NCBI RefSeq assembly: GCF_006345805.1
Contig: NC_043004.1
Coordinates: 106,764,001-106,828,000, forward strand
DNA from: Octopus sinensis
Taxonomy: Eukaryota
Direction of reading: 5' to 3'
Length of the DNA stretch: 64,000 bases
Below, one piece after another: positions 38,531-53,443 of this stretch. A program made the position numbers and the translations under genes. How positions within the stretch are numbered: position 1 is the first letter of the stretch; each line of letters opens with the position of its first letter. The notes below the pieces were generated by a model. The model had not been told where the DNA came from and ran no database searches. It saw only the letters and a list, made by a program, of their open reading frames with translations.

Positions 38531-39784
38531 ATAATAATCCCTTCTTCTATAGGCACAAGGCCTGCAATTTTGAGGATGAGGATAAATTGATTACATCAAC
38601 CCCAAAACTCAATTGGTACTTTATTTAAGGCGGTGAGCTGGCAGAATCGTTAGCACATCAGGCAAAATGCTTAGCGGTATTTCATCTGCATTACGTTGTG
38701 AGTTCAAATTCCGCCGAGGTCGACTTTGCCTTTCATCCTTTCGGGGTCGATAAATTAAGTACCAGTTGTGCACTGGGGTCGATGTAATCGACTTAATACC
38801 TATGTCTGTCCTTGTTTGTCCCCTCTGTGTTTAGCCCCTTGTGGGTAATAAAGAAATAGGTATTTCATCTGCCGCTAAATTCTGAGTTCAAACTCCACCG
38901 AGGTCGACTTTGCCTTTCATCCTTTCAGGTTCGATTAAATAAGTACCAATTATGCACTGGGGTCGATATGATCGACTTAATCAGTTTGTCCTCTCTGTAT
39001 TTAGCCCCTTGTGGGTAGTAAAGTAATAGGTACTTACTTTATTGACCCCTAAAGAAGGAAAGGTAAAACCAACATTGCAGAATTTAAATTCAGAATGTAA
39101 GGTTGGACTCAATGCTGCCAAGCATTTCGCTTGGTAACAATTCTGCTAGCTTGCCATCTCAACTTTGTGGATATACTCTTTTACTTGTTTCAGTCATTTG
39201 AGTGCAGCCATGCTGGAGCACTGCCTTTAGTCAAAGAAATCGGCCCCAGGACTTACTCTTTGTAACCCTAGTACTTATTCCATCAGTCTCTTTTGCCAAA
39301 CCACTAAGTTATGGGGACATAAACACACCACCATCGATTGTCAAGCGATGTTGGGGGGACAAACACAAACATACATACATATATACGACGGGTTTCTTTC
39401 AGTTTCCATCTACCAAATCCACTCACAAGGATTTAGTCGGCCTGAGGCTATAGTAGAAAACACTTGCCCAAGGTGGTTGGCTGGTAAGCAAGCTACTTAC
39501 CACACAGCCACCCCTGTACCTACATCATCTGTGTCCTTTTTTTTTTTAAGAAAGTAGGGTACGTTTTGAGATTTCAGCAGATTAATCTACCCTAGCACTG
39601 TGGCTTGTCTGAGAATTAAGCTCCACAAGGTGTGGTAACTGATATAGTGAGTGTTGCTGGCCATTCTCCAGGGCCACATCTTTACAATCACATCTGTGAG
39701 GTGTGGTTACCAACTGGTCTGGGGTGCACAACTTGTTACCCTCTCCCTTCGCCCATCCTCTGCTGCTTATTTCCTTCCTACTTA

Positions 39785-40500
39785 AAATAATAATAATAAT
39801 AATAATGAAATTATTGTACACAGTGCTCAGGTGCACCACAACTTGTCAAAAGTGCATATAAAGCATATGCAGTAATGTACAAATGTCTGGAAAGTGAACA
39901 GTGTATGAGTCAGATACATGCTTGCGTGTGTATGGAGGGGAGGAAATCAGGTGTAGTGTTGGCGAATCTTGGGAAGCATGGAAGTTTTGAAGGATGCAGT
40001 GCTCCGACAACTAACAACCGATGCCAGCAGTTTGTTCCATGCTTCAGCAACTCTCAGCGTGAAAAAAATGTTTCCTAAAGTCATGGGAGCTGTGCTGTTT
40101 TCTGACTTTGTAAATATGTCCACGGGTGGAGTTTGAAAAGGTGCTCAGAGTTATAGTTGGTAAGACGGTTACTAATTTTATGGGTGTCTGCCATGTCAGC
40201 TGCCAGACATCGGAGTTTCAATGTATCCATGCCCAGGGAAGTAAGGCGTTCAGAATATGGCAAATGCCTGATGGAGGGTATTCTTTTGGTTGCACGTCAC
40301 TGAACGACTTCCAGACGATTGACATCCTTGGCAAGATAGGGGTTCCAGACCGGTGATGCAAATTCCAGGTGAGGTCACACCATAGCTATATAAAGCCGCA
40401 GATAGATAGCCAGAGAGCAGCTCACAAAGGACTCGGTGAGTGATGCCAAGACACCCTCAGCTTTCTTGGCAATTTTAGCGATGTGTTTTGTCCAACCATT
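39785..40500 (-). mobile_element. CR1-type LINE 3' end with (TTA)n tail
   Basis: Minus-strand PYSERLTSLGMDTLKLR. The same 3' UTR is at 5135-5400. Confidence 0.75.
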
Positions 40501-42329
40501 TCTAGGATGAGGCAAATCTGGAGGGTTTTTTCTTCCCAATAATTTGTTCTTTTATACATAATCTTTTTTCTTTCTCTTCTTCCTATAAAAATATGTTGCT
40601 AAATATAAATCTTCACAGGTTGTTTGAAAGTATTAAGGTTAACCTTAGTTTAGTAACATTAGTCTCTTTCCATAAGCACAGGAATGGCTGTGTGGTACGA
40701 AGCTTGCATCCCAACCACATGGTTCCAGGTTCAGTCCCACTATATGGCACTTTGGGCAAGTGTCTTCTACTGTATCTTTGGGATTTGGGAGACAGAAACT
40801 GAAAGAAGCTCATCGTGTGTGTTTCGGTTTTGTTGTGTTTGTGTCTATCCCCTCCTTACTGCATGACAACCAGTATTGGTGTGTTTATGTCCCTGTAACT
40901 TAGTAGTTTGGCAAAAGAGACCAATAGAATGAATACATAACTGCAGTCGAATGACCAAAACGGAAAAAAAAAACTGAGAGAATATTTCCCACATGACAAA
41001 ATTGAACATGGCACCATAAGTGAACAGTTGACCAAATGACAATTTTACGATGCTGCAGCTGTTGCTATTGTTGTTTAGAAGTAACAAATTTAACTTGTGA
41101 TACTTATTTCTTGCCAGATGAACTGGGACATTTAAAAGTTCAATAGGTTGGCCATGTATAGAGTGTCACATGTACACAGCTGAAACTGTCAGTTTATTGT
41201 TTGGTTATCTGATACACAGTCACTCAATTGTCAATACTATTTCCACTCATTTGTCAATACTATCTTCAAAATTTGATACATCTAAAGTAAATATTATGGA
41301 ACAGAGGTGAGCAACCTACAACCTTCAGGACAAATATCATTGAAGACATTTCCTATGAGACATTTAACACAGTTTATATAAAATCATCATACACAGACAT
41401 CTGAAAAGTAAACAGCCCTCCCTATGCCATTTTATCTGTGCTGACACAGTTCTTTATTATGATGCCCAAATGGAAATAATCATAAAAAAACTTCACCTGC
41501 CATGGCTACTAAATTACAAGATTAAGGAGTTAAATGCATCAAGAGATGTTATTTTTGTTTTGTTTTCAGAAATAAATCTTTCAGAAAATGATGGTGTCTA
41601 TTTACTTTTGAAATGCATGTGCATGTTTATATGTGTGTGTATGTACATGTATGTGTGTATGCATATATATATACATATATATGTATGTATATATATACGT
41701 ATGTATATATATACGTATGTATGCATATATATGTATGTATATATATATATACACATAAAGGATGAAATATAATTAATTTAATAAAATCAATAAATTTCAC
41801 CTAGTAGTTTTTTCGGTATGGAAATGACCATATTCGGTAAGGATTATATTAATTATAATAAAGGGTTAATTGCAACAAGTTGCTCAAAACCACATACCAA
41901 AAATATTAGAAATAGCAGCCAAATAGGTCACCATTACTACTACTAGAAAAATAAGTCTCCGCAAACAAACAGAGTTTGTAACCCGTATATGGCAAAGAGG
42001 AAGAAGACAACGAAATCCCAGCCTATTGGATTAATTATGGACGAATTCGTTTCTGGATTAGAATCGAAAGTTCATTTCCTTATCAACATAATACATATAT
42101 ATGTGTGTGTATATATATATATAGAGAGAGAGAGAGATACTCCAGCCCATCCAATATGGTAATAGTGGAATTTTTTAGAGATTTCTGTCGACCTTTTTTC
42201 GAGTAGCGTGCGTACTGGGGAAAAAATTATATGGTAAATGGACAATATGTCCAATTTTCAGCCTATTTGGTCTGGTCGGTCACATCATCACGTGATATAT
42301 ATATGTATATATATATATATGTATGTATG

Positions 42330-42362
<33 letters not shown>

Positions 42363-42512
42363 GTTTAGGAAGGGCATCCAGCCGTAGAAACACTGCCAGA
42401 TTTGACTGGGCCTGATGAAGCCTTCTGGCTTCACAGACCCCAGTAGAACCGTCCAACCCATGCTAGCATGGAAAACGGACGCTAAACGATGATGATGATG
42501 ATGATGATGATA

Positions 42513-42557
<45 letters not shown>

Positions 42558-42593
42558 GTATGTATATATATGTATATATATATATATTTATAT

Positions 42594-42628
<35 letters not shown>

Positions 42629-43175
42629 GTATATATATGTGTATATATATCATCATCATCATTTAGCGTCCGCTTTCCATGCTAGCATGGATTGGACGGG
42701 TCAACTGGGGTCTGTGAAGCTGGAAGGCTTCGTGAGGCCCAGTCAGATCTGGCAGTGTTTCTATGGCTGGATGCCCTTGCTAATGCCAACCACTCCGCGA
42801 GTGTAGTGGGTGTTTTTTATGTGCCACCTGCACAGGTGCCAGACAGAGCTGGCAAACGGCCACGAACGGATGGTGCTTTTACGTGCCACCGACATATGTG
42901 TATATATATATATATATTGTCCAGGATAGGACTACACAGCCACAGCAGGAAATGTATCAGGACATGAAATGTAAAAGCCGGACTAGACTACTTTATGCGC
43001 AACTCCATTGTCTCCCGAGACAAAAAGGATGCCAACCAATATATATATATATGTGTGTATATATATATGTGTGTATATATATATATATATGTGTGTATAA
43101 ATATATATGTATATATATGTGTTTATATATATATGTGTGTATATATATGTATATATGTATGTATGTATATATATA

Positions 43176-43370
43176 TTACATGACATGTCAAATTCGCCAG
43201 AAGGGCAGGGCCAACCCATAACATTACATGACATGTCAGAGAAGTAGACCTAATCCATAACATTACATGTCATGTCGTAGATTTGCCAGAGTGGCAGGGC
43301 CAATCCATATCATTACATGACATGTCTGTGTTTCGCCAGAGGGGCAGACACAATCCATAACATATATATG
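43176..43370. repeat. Degenerate tandem repeat (~40-50 bp; attacatgacatgtc...aatccataac)
   Basis: 4-5 variant units visible. Confidence 0.7.
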
Positions 43371-43492
43371 ACTTGTAGGCATATGGTATTTTGTTATGCA
43401 ACCATAACTTACTATGAAGTATATTAAACGTTTTTAGAATACAATACCATGTCCTACTGTGTTAGCAGTGCATTTAAATCATGTTAAGGTCA

Positions 43493-43550
<58 letters not shown>

Positions 43551-44103
43551 TACACACACATATATGAGTGTGTTGTGTGTATAACACTAAAATTATGTGA
43601 CATAGTTTTTAGGTGTAGTTACTTACTTGTTGTTTGTTCTTTCATTCGCCCACGCCTTCTTTCGGTCACGTTTGGAATAACAAATAGCTGACACTATTCT
43701 GCATTTGATGATTGATAAATCAGTCTTTTATTGATGCAACTTTATTTATGATGAGGAAATTAGCTCACAGGGCCTGCACTAGAGAAAAAATAAGATAACT
43801 CTCAAATGTAAGTAAAAAAAGATTCTATAAAATTGGTTAAAATCTTTTATTGTTTATTAAGTTCCACCCCACCAACCCCCAGAAAAGGAAAGACAAGAAA
43901 AACATTGAAATTCTCTACTAATCACACCATATTGATGAATGGACTAATGATTATTTTTGTATGTAAAGTTTTCTTCATGTTTTTTTCTTCTGTAATGTTT
44001 CTTAAAAATGCTTAAAGTTCTTCCCAGTTTGTTTGTTTTTTTTTTCTTTTCAAAACGTCCTTGGAACTTTCTTGAAAATGCCTTTTTTTTCTAAAACTTC
44101 CTC

Positions 44104-44319
44104 TCAGCATTTACTGCTCAAATCATCTGCAACACAATGCACCACACTCTTCCGTTTCTCTTTGCTGTAAATACATTTGCAATTTCTACATCGTTTCTCT
44201 GACATCTGTGACTCCAGTTGATCATTTATTACACGTATATAACCACTGTTCTGTGAAAGGATCAGCTTGGCATTATATAAATTGCCATGGGTATGGAAGA
44301 TCAGTTTGAAAAAGTCATC
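44104..44319 (-). CDS. LLTP terminal exon (DDFFKLIFHTHGNLYN...CRNCKC...HCVADDLSSKC*)
   Basis: attacag acceptor, phase 0. Terminal CxxCxC...C pattern as in apolipophorin C-termini. Minus-strand AATAAA signals at ~43726-43858. Confidence 0.78.
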   Translation of the reverse strand, partial: DDFFKLIFHTHGNLYNAKLILSQNSGYIRVINDQLESQMSEKRCRNCKCIYSKEKRKSVVHCVADDLSSKC

Positions 44320-45819
44320 CTGTAATGGACAGATAAGAAAGTTTAGAATTAACACACTGCAAACTGAATGAAGATATCAATAAATAAATTCAAATAGAAA
44401 TATATGCACCTCAACCACGTGTGTTTATACACACACACACACATACATATATATATATGTATGTATGTATATGTAAGTATATATGTATATATATGTATGT
44501 ACGTATGTATATATATGTATGTATATATGTATATATATGTATGTATATTTATATATATGTATATATATGTATGTATATTTATATATATATATGTATATAT
44601 ATGTATATATATGTATGTATGTATATATATATTGTATATATACATACATACATATATACTTATGTAGGAAGTGTTGAGATGTCTTCATATATCCAGATAA
44701 TTTATTCTCAAGCACAGAATAATGCCTCAACACCATGAAGAGGATATTATCCTTATATTGCAGAAAAATTTGTCAGCAGCCAGCCATGGGACTCAAACTC
44801 ACATCTTTGTTATTACCAGTTAAGTCTGCTTTACCTTTAAGCTCAACTGTCCACTCACAAATTCTTCTGTAACTTTTGGACTTATAAATTTACCGTTTTA
44901 TAAATACTGTATGTGAAATTCAAATTACAATATATGTAACCACAGTTTGTTTGTAGAAAGTGTTGGGATGTCCATATCTCTATATTTCAATACATCTCAA
45001 CACATTCTACAAAGCAAACTTCTTTTGCATCATCATCCTCGTTTAACGCCTGCTTTCCATGCTAGCATGGATTGGACAATTTTGACTGAGGGCTGGCGAA
45101 CCAGATGGCTGCACCAGGCTCCAATCTTGATCTGGCAGAGTTTCTACAACTGGATGCCCTTCCTAATGCCAACCACTCCGAGAGTGTAGTGGGTGCTTTT
45201 TATGTGCCACCAGTACGGGGGACAGTCAGGCGGTACTAGCAACGACCTCACTCAAATCTTTTTACACATGCCACTGGCACAGGTACCAGTAAGGCGACGC
45301 TGGTAACGATTACGCTCGAATGGAAGCCAGTTAGCCGCTCTGGCAACGATCATGCTTGGATGGTACCCTTGGTACCCTACTAGCACGGGCATGAGCCTCA
45401 ATAAAAGGGTAACTTTATAAGTTCAAAAATTGCAGAAGAATTTATGAGTGGGAAGTTTAGCTAAAAGGTAATGCACTTAAGCGGTAATCAAAAAGATGTG
45501 AGTTTGAGTGTCATGGCTGGCAGCTGACAAATTTTTCTGCAATATAAGTATAATAACTTATTTATGCAGTTCACGATTATTCTGTGCTTAACAATAAGTT
45601 ATCTCCATATCTGTGTATATATATGTGTATATGTATGAGTATATATATGTATGTGTGTATACATATATATATATATATGTGTGTGTGTGTGTATATATAT
45701 ATATACATATATATGTATGTATATATATATGTATGAGCATATATATGTGTGTATATATATATATGTGTGTATATATATATATGTGTGTGTGTGTATATAT
45801 ATATATATGTATATGTATG

Positions 45820-45850
<31 letters not shown>

Positions 45851-46121
45851 GCATGTATTTATATATATATGTATGTATCTGTATATATCTCTATCTGTCT
45901 ATCTATCTATCTATGTATATGTATATATGTATGTATATATATATATGTATGTATATATATATATATATGTGTGTATATATATATATGTGTGTATATATAT
46001 ATATACATGTATGCATATATATATGTATGTATATATATATATGTATATATATATATATTTATATGTATATATATATATATATATATATTTATATGTATAC
46101 ATGTATATGTACGTATATATA

Positions 46122-47893
46122 TGTACCAACACCACCGGAGAAAGCAACAATAAAAAAAATTAGAACTTTAGTCAATGAATACCAGGACTCCTTTACAGAT
46201 AAGGAGAAAGACTATCTATGCAACTCAAGAACCAAAGAAAGCAATTTTTATGGATTACCTAAAATTGATAAAAGCTCTGAAATACAGAGAGCCATAAAGG
46301 AACAGAGGAACCACTATATAAGAATACAAAGGCCTGCAGACCTCACAATGAGACCAATAGTGGCAGGACCCCAGGCACCAACACAACAACTAAGCCACTT
46401 CATAGATGTACTCCTCAAACCTTTATGCCCACAGATACCAAGCTACATAAGGGATGACATACACTTCCTCACACATTCTAAATACAGTCCCGAAAAACAC
46501 CATACTTGCAAGCTTTGATGTCACAAATCTATACACAAACATACCACACACCCTAGGTCTAGAAGCAATAAGACAATCGATAGAAAAATACAGAGAACTT
46601 ATAGACGAACGCTTCAAGACAAACTTTATCACCCAAGCCACCCAATTAATACTCGAAGAAAATACATTCTCATTCAACAAGACATACCGACAGATAAAGG
46701 GCACAGCTATGGGTACAAAATTCGCACCTTCATATGCCAACCTGGTGATGGGTTTCCTGGAGAACAAACTATACGATGAAATAGGGAAAGTCTTCGAACA
46801 CGACTTCAGGGAAGACATCAAGAAAAAGTGGAAATGCTACCTCGATGACTGCTTCATCTTTTGGAACAGATCAGAAGAAGACCTACGAACATTCCACAAC
46901 ATCCTCAATACGCTGCACCCATCTATCAACTTCACAATAGATACCAGCCACAACGAACTTCCCTTCCTAGACATCAACATCAAAATACACAACTCCATCA
47001 TCACAACAGACATCCACTACAAAAAAACAGGCACACACCAATATTTAAATTTCCACTCCTGCCACCCATCCAACATAAAAAGAAACATCCCATATAGTAT
47101 GGCAAGACGAATATGTAGCATAGTAACTGATTCACAAATACGACTAATAAGACTAGATGAACTTAAAAACTTCCTCCTAGAGCAAAAATACCCCCTTAAA
47201 CTAATAGAAAATGGAATCACAAGAGCATTGAAACTAGACATCGCACAACTCAGGACACCCAAAACAAAAAACAAAGAAAACATTATCCCTTTTATAAACA
47301 TGCACAACCCTGGAGTTACCAACATGTTCCAAATCATACATTCAAACCTGCCAATAGCCTTACAAAGCCCCAAAATGAAAAACATATTAAACAAATATAG
47401 CATAAAAAACAGTAGACGACAGGACAAAAACCTAAAGAAACACCTAACAAGAGCGAAATTCTCTTCAGAAACTAAAACGGAATTCTTTGCAAAAGAGTGC
47501 GGAGATGGTAGATGTGGGATCTGCAGCAACCCCACCTACAAATACATAGAGGGAAACAGAGAGATGAGATTTAAAAGTGGTTACGTATTTAAAGTAAATG
47601 CAGATATGAACTGCAAGATACAGAATGTTATATACTGCATAACCTGCCCCACATGCAAGGAGGATTACGTAGGTGAAACTGGTAATTCTTTGTGCCAGCG
47701 AGCCAGGATTCACCGACAACGTGTTCAGCAGGAAGAACTACGCAAGATACCACTAAGTACACACCTAGCGACATGTGGAGAAGGAAAGTTTAATATCTTT
47801 CCCTTCTACAAATGTCCGAAGAACGACACCTCTTTCAGGAGGAATATGGAAAAATATTTCATAGCTAAGTTCTCCCCCAAATTAAATGGCTGA
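46122..47893 (+). mobile_element. 5'-truncated Penelope-like element (RT + GIY-YIG), second family; antisense in the last LLTP intron
   Basis: [37 protein letters not shown], CxxxxCxxC, NVIY..C..C..YVGET. Frameshift near 46460-46480. Confidence 0.92.
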
Positions 47894-48150
47894 AATTTTA
47901 CTCATCATACATTGAAGGACAAATCATTCGATTTACAATGTAATATAGTAGAACATTTAGTATATGTGTGTATATATATATTACCTTTTATATACATTAT
48001 ATTTTTGTAATTTACTTAATCTTTACTTTTTAATTGTCATCTTAATTTTAACTTTCCTATGATATGCAACTTTCAAGATGGTGTAATTTAATTGTTCATT
48101 TTGAATCGATAAAAGGTGGCTTTTTTTCTAATATTTCATGTATAAGCATG

Positions 48151-48194
<44 letters not shown>

Positions 48195-49598
48195 CCGCAC
48201 CGACTGGCCTCCGTGCTGTGGGCACGAAACAAACACCATCCGATCGTGGCAGTTCGCCAGCCTCATCTGGCACCTGTGTCGGTGGCACATAAAAACACCA
48301 TCTGAAGACCCGGCAAGACTAGTCAGGCCATAACCTGTGGCCCCTACCTGGGACGTAGTCAGTCCACCTGTGCATACCTTCCTTCTTGTGACACTTGTGA
48401 AGACCTGTTGAGGCAAGTGAAAATCAAAACAAATCAAAATAGATGAACATCAATGGAATTTGTATCTTTGTGGTACCAGTGCCGGTGGCACGTGGCACAC
48501 AAGAAAACCATCCGAACGTGGCCGTAGCCAGTACCGTATCGACTGGCCTCCGTGCTGTGGGCACATAACAAACACCATCCGATCGTGGCCGTTTGCCAGC
48601 CTCATCTGGCACCTGTGTCGGTGGCACATAAAAACACCATCCGAGCGTGGCCGTCTGCCAGCCTCGTCTGGCACCTGTGTCACCCACTACACTCTCGGAG
48701 TGGTTAGCGTTAGGAAGGGCATCCAGCTGTAGAAACACTGCCAGATCTGACTGGACTGGTGCAGCTTTCGGGCTCCCCAGACCCCAGTTGAACCGTCCAA
48801 CCCATGCTAGCATGGAAAGCGGACGTTAAATGATGATGATGATGATGATGATATATATATATATAGAGAGAGAGGTATAAATATCAACACAATTTTTCCC
48901 CCTCCTCCCTTTTTTCTCTCTTCTCTTCTCCAAACTCACAGACACCCACACACGCACACACAGACACACACACACATACCTCCACAAAACGATCATAAAA
49001 AGTGGAAAGAATTCTTAAACCCCAAAAAGCATTTGACCATTAAACACACACACTCTCTCACAATGATAAAAGGAAATATAATTTATGGCCTGCCTCCCTG
49101 CCACCACACACTCAGTGACACTGTGAAGTGGTCAAAACTGAAATTCTTTCTTTTTTCCCAAGACCTTAGAACCCCCTTGGAGTCAATATTCTGTCCAGCA
49201 GACCAAAAAAAAATTCTTTTCTTCTCCTTCCCTCTCCCTTCCCCTCTTTTTCTTTAGCCCTCATCCCAGATACAAAAACACACACGCACACACACATACA
49301 CACATGTTCTCTCTCTCACTATCTCTTCATCCATCACCCTCTTGTACTGTCTTATATTCCTCCCCACCACTACAAACTCTATAAAATAATCCACTACAAA
49401 ATAGTCAAAATTCCTCACACTGGAACTTAATTTGGTTTGAAAACCCCACTAGAATGGGAGAAAGCGCTAATGATCTAAGTGATATGATATATATATAAAA
49501 AATGTAATATATAAATAAATATCTGTAAATATAAACCATCATAAGCTGAAACTAGAATCAATCAATCAAAATCCGATTTTCTGAGTACCTCATTTCTC

Positions 49599-49637
<39 letters not shown>

Positions 49638-49638
49638 G

Positions 49639-49669
<31 letters not shown>

Positions 49670-49894
49670 GTACGTATATATATTTATGTATATATGTTTA
49701 CATATATCTGTATATATATGTATAGATATAAATGTAAATATATTTGTATGTGTATATATATGTGTGTGTGTATATATATGTGTGCATGTATATATATATA
49801 TATATACATGTGTGTATATATATTTGAATATATACATATATATATGTATATGCATATGCATGAATATATAGTGTGTATATATGTATATATATGC

Positions 49895-49928
<34 letters not shown>

Positions 49929-49974
49929 GTAAATATATGCATGTATGTACATATATATATATATATATAATATA

Positions 49975-50016
<42 letters not shown>

Positions 50017-50033
50017 TTATATATATATATATG

Positions 50034-50077
<44 letters not shown>

Positions 50078-50357
50078 ATCAAAATAAGCAACAAGGATAT
50101 CCAGAGGTAATGCCCTACGATTTCTACATTTTAAAACTCATGTAATATTTGCCTTGTTCAATTAAATGGAGTCGCATGAAACGATTGTACTGCATTACCT
50201 CTGGATATCCTTGTTGCTTATTTTGATTATAATCACCCCACTTTGAATTATATGGATAATACCACACTAAATTCTGGTACCTTTAATTTAAGTATCATAT
50301 TTAACTGAATCTAAATTTTACTGAACTTATATATATATGTATATATATATATATATA

Positions 50358-51039
50358 TCATCATCATCATCATCATCATTTAGCGTCCGTTTTCCATGCT
50401 AGCATGGGTTGGACGGTTCTACTGGGGTCTGTGAAGCCAGAAGGCTTCATCAGCCCAGTCAAATCTGGCAGTGTTTCTACGGCTGGATGCCCTTCCTAAC
50501 ACCAACCACTCCGTGAGTGTAGTGGGTGCTTTACGTGCCACCCGCACTGGTGCCAGACAGAGCTGGCAAACGGCCACGAACGGATGGTGCTTTTTATGTG
50601 CCACCGGCACGAGGGCCAGGCGAGGCTGGCAACGGACACGAAACGGGCGGTGCTGGCAACGGTCGCGAAACGGAAAGTTCTCTTACATGCCACCGGCACT
50701 GGTAACACATCTGCAATTTCCATTGATCGATTTCCATTGATCGATTTCGATTCTGATCCTCACTTGCCTCAATGGGTCTTCACAAGCAGAGTTTCGACAT
50801 GCCACCGGCACTGGTAGCACATCCGCAATTTCCATGATCGATTTCGATTCTGATCCTCACTTGCCTCAACACGTCTTCACAAGTAGAGTTTGTGTCCCAA
50901 GAAGGGAAGGTATGCATACGTAGCTGGCTCCATCCCATGTAGAAGGCCACGGGTTGTGGACTCACTTGTCCTGCCGGGTCTCTCGCGCACAGCACACTTC
51001 CAGAGGTCTCGGTCTCTAGTCATTTCCTCAGTGAGACCT
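50358..51039 (-). mobile_element. RTE LINE C-terminus plus long 3' UTR with (GAT)n tail; source of an abundant repeat (also ~21810, 22195, 26765, 42365, 42650, 45028, 48195, 55563, 59338)
   Basis: Minus-strand GLTEEMTRDRDLWK is continuous with a UTR ending ccaacccatgctagcatggaaa..ggacg..aaatgatgatg. Internal gccaccggcac repeats. Confidence 0.7.
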
Positions 51040-51381
51040 ATATATATATATATATGTATATATATATACATATATATATGTATGAATTTTATATATATAT
51101 ATATATATAATAACAAAATAATAAATAAAACATATGTATATATACATACATATATGTACATATTTACATCTATATGTATATATACCTGCATAATGGGTAC
51201 AGGACACCCCAAAAAACGTCAAACACAATGAGAAACGAAAACATAAAAACAAAACCAGGGAAATGGAAATTTTTTTAAACAAAGAAAAAACAGAGTAAAA
51301 GACATACAACACAAGGAAAATTCCTCTTCTTCAGCTGCCTCTGTTTCGTCTACTCCGTGTTGTGAAGGTATGTATGAATTT

Positions 51382-51473
<92 letters not shown>

Positions 51474-52734
51474 TGTATGTATGTATGTATATGTATATAT
51501 ATGTGTATGGAAAAATGTGGAGGTAGAAAATGCTAAGATAATTTTATAAAAACATTTCATTATCTCTTATATAAAATCCTTTCTGTCAGTGAGTATGTGT
51601 GTGTGTGTGTGTGTGTCTTCTAGGATCTCGGGCATCCTCCATCTGATTGCGCTCAATTTTGAAATGTAGATGACGATGGTATCAGGGCGTGTATAAGTCT
51701 TGAAAAAATTACAAAAATCGATTCCGGGTGAGAATGCGATCAATAAAGCCGTGGGAAATCGTTTTTCGTTGGAATAGAAAAAAGTCAATCGTTATTTCTT
51801 CTTTTGCTGGTGTCTCAAATTTAGGTTAAATCAGTGTTTCTCAAAGGGGATGCCTATGGGACGGTCGGACAAGTTGTTTTGAGAAAATTTGGTTTAAATG
51901 TTTGACAACTCAGCACCATCCATTGGACGGGGGGGGGTACGTTTTACTCGTATATATATATATATATATTCTTTTATTTGTTTCATACATTTGACTGCGG
52001 CCATGCTGGAACACCGCCTTTAGTCGAACAAACCATCCCCGGGACTTATTCATTATGAGCATACTACTTATTCTATCAGCATCTTTTGCCAAACCGCTAA
52101 AGATTATGGAAACCTAAACACACCAGCATTGGTTGTCAATCGATGGTGGTGGGGTGACGAGCAGACACACAAATATATACATGCACACACACACACACAC
52201 ATATAAGTATATATTTATATACAACAGGCTTCTTTAAGTTTCTGTCTACCAGATCCACTCACAAGGCTTTGATTGTCCCAAGGCTATTGTAGAAGACACT
52301 TGCCCAAGTAGCCACGCAATGGGACTGAACCTAGAACTATGTGGTTGTTAAGCAGTCTACTTACCACACAGCCACTCTTGCACCTAGATATATATATATG
52401 AAGGAGTGTAGAAAGGCTCCTGACTTTAAAGATATTATGAAAGGCCTAGTTGGATGCCCAACTTTCCAAATTCTTTTACAGGACTTAGGAAAACTGAAGA
52501 ACTGCTGCAAGAGGTGTGTGAATCCGTGAAGGAAATATGTTAAATAAAATCGTAATTAACTCTACTTCCTGTATTTTCTTTTACCCAAAGTCAGGAACTT
52601 TTCAGCACCCCTTTGTAAGTGAAAGGAAGCAGAAGGCTTAATTGGATGGTAGAATTACAGGTATAGGCACAGTAATGTACCAGCTCCTGCATTCAGTCAA
52701 CAGAAGAGAAGATGTTGGTAGTAAAGCCAAACTT

Positions 52735-53210
52735 ACTCTCCACAGCTCAGCTTCCATTCCTATCCTTACCTACGGTCATGCATGTTGGGTGACGACTGAA
52801 TCAGTATGAACAGAATTAAATGCAGCTGAAACAGGGCTCTTCTGAAGGATCATTGGAATAACATTACTCAAAGGAGAGCATAACTTGGAGATCAGGAAGG
52901 TTCTCCAAGTTGAGCTGCTACTTCTTCAGATTGAGCTCAAGTAATGGACATGTGATTAGAATGACATGGAAAAGAATTGCATGTCAGAGTCTTCAAACTG
53001 AACCAACTGGTAGGAGACCTAAGGGTAGACAAAGAACAAAATAGTTGGATAATATCTGTAGACTCCGTTGGTCATAGTTGGGAATCCAGCCAATAAGTAT
53101 AATGACAGTTGCTTCTAATAGGGACCTATAGAGTTGGTACTTGAGAACTCTACTTGTATGACCCTTCCAGGAATAAGTGAGCAGAAAAATGAATGGATGG
53201 ATGGATGGAT
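52735..53210 (+). mobile_element. Degenerate RTE-type LINE 3' fragment with (GGAT)n tail
   Basis: PILTYGH..W and GRRPKGRQRTK remnants, microsatellite tail. Confidence 0.6.
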
Positions 53211-53266
53211 GGCTCGATTGATCTGGTAAAATTAATGAAAAAGAAGACGAGAACAATTTCACTTAC

Positions 53267-53443
53267 AGTAGGTATTTTGATTTCAATATTTTTCTTTGCT
53301 TTGTGGAAAACTTTTCCTTGGTGGGTCAGTCCATAATATTTTTTGTTCATTATTTTTGATGTGTCAGTGAAGATGTTAACTACAATGTCTCTTTTCGCTA
53401 ACATGGACACTATGTGAGACAGATCAGTTGTATTCTGCAACGT
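53267..53443 (-). CDS. LLTP penultimate exon (TLQNTTDLSHIVSMLAKRDIVVNIF...IPT)
   Basis: tttcag acceptor, gtaagt donor, phase 0 to 0. Confidence 0.78.

Noticed and set aside
41795-41910. Hammerhead-like or PLE LTR remnant; similar remnants at 48070-48115 and 51317-51370
   Set aside because: Too degenerate to fold into the full motif.
45613-46121. Long N-terminal extension of the 301-aa ORF
   Set aside because: Microsatellite read-through upstream of the 5'-truncated PLE.
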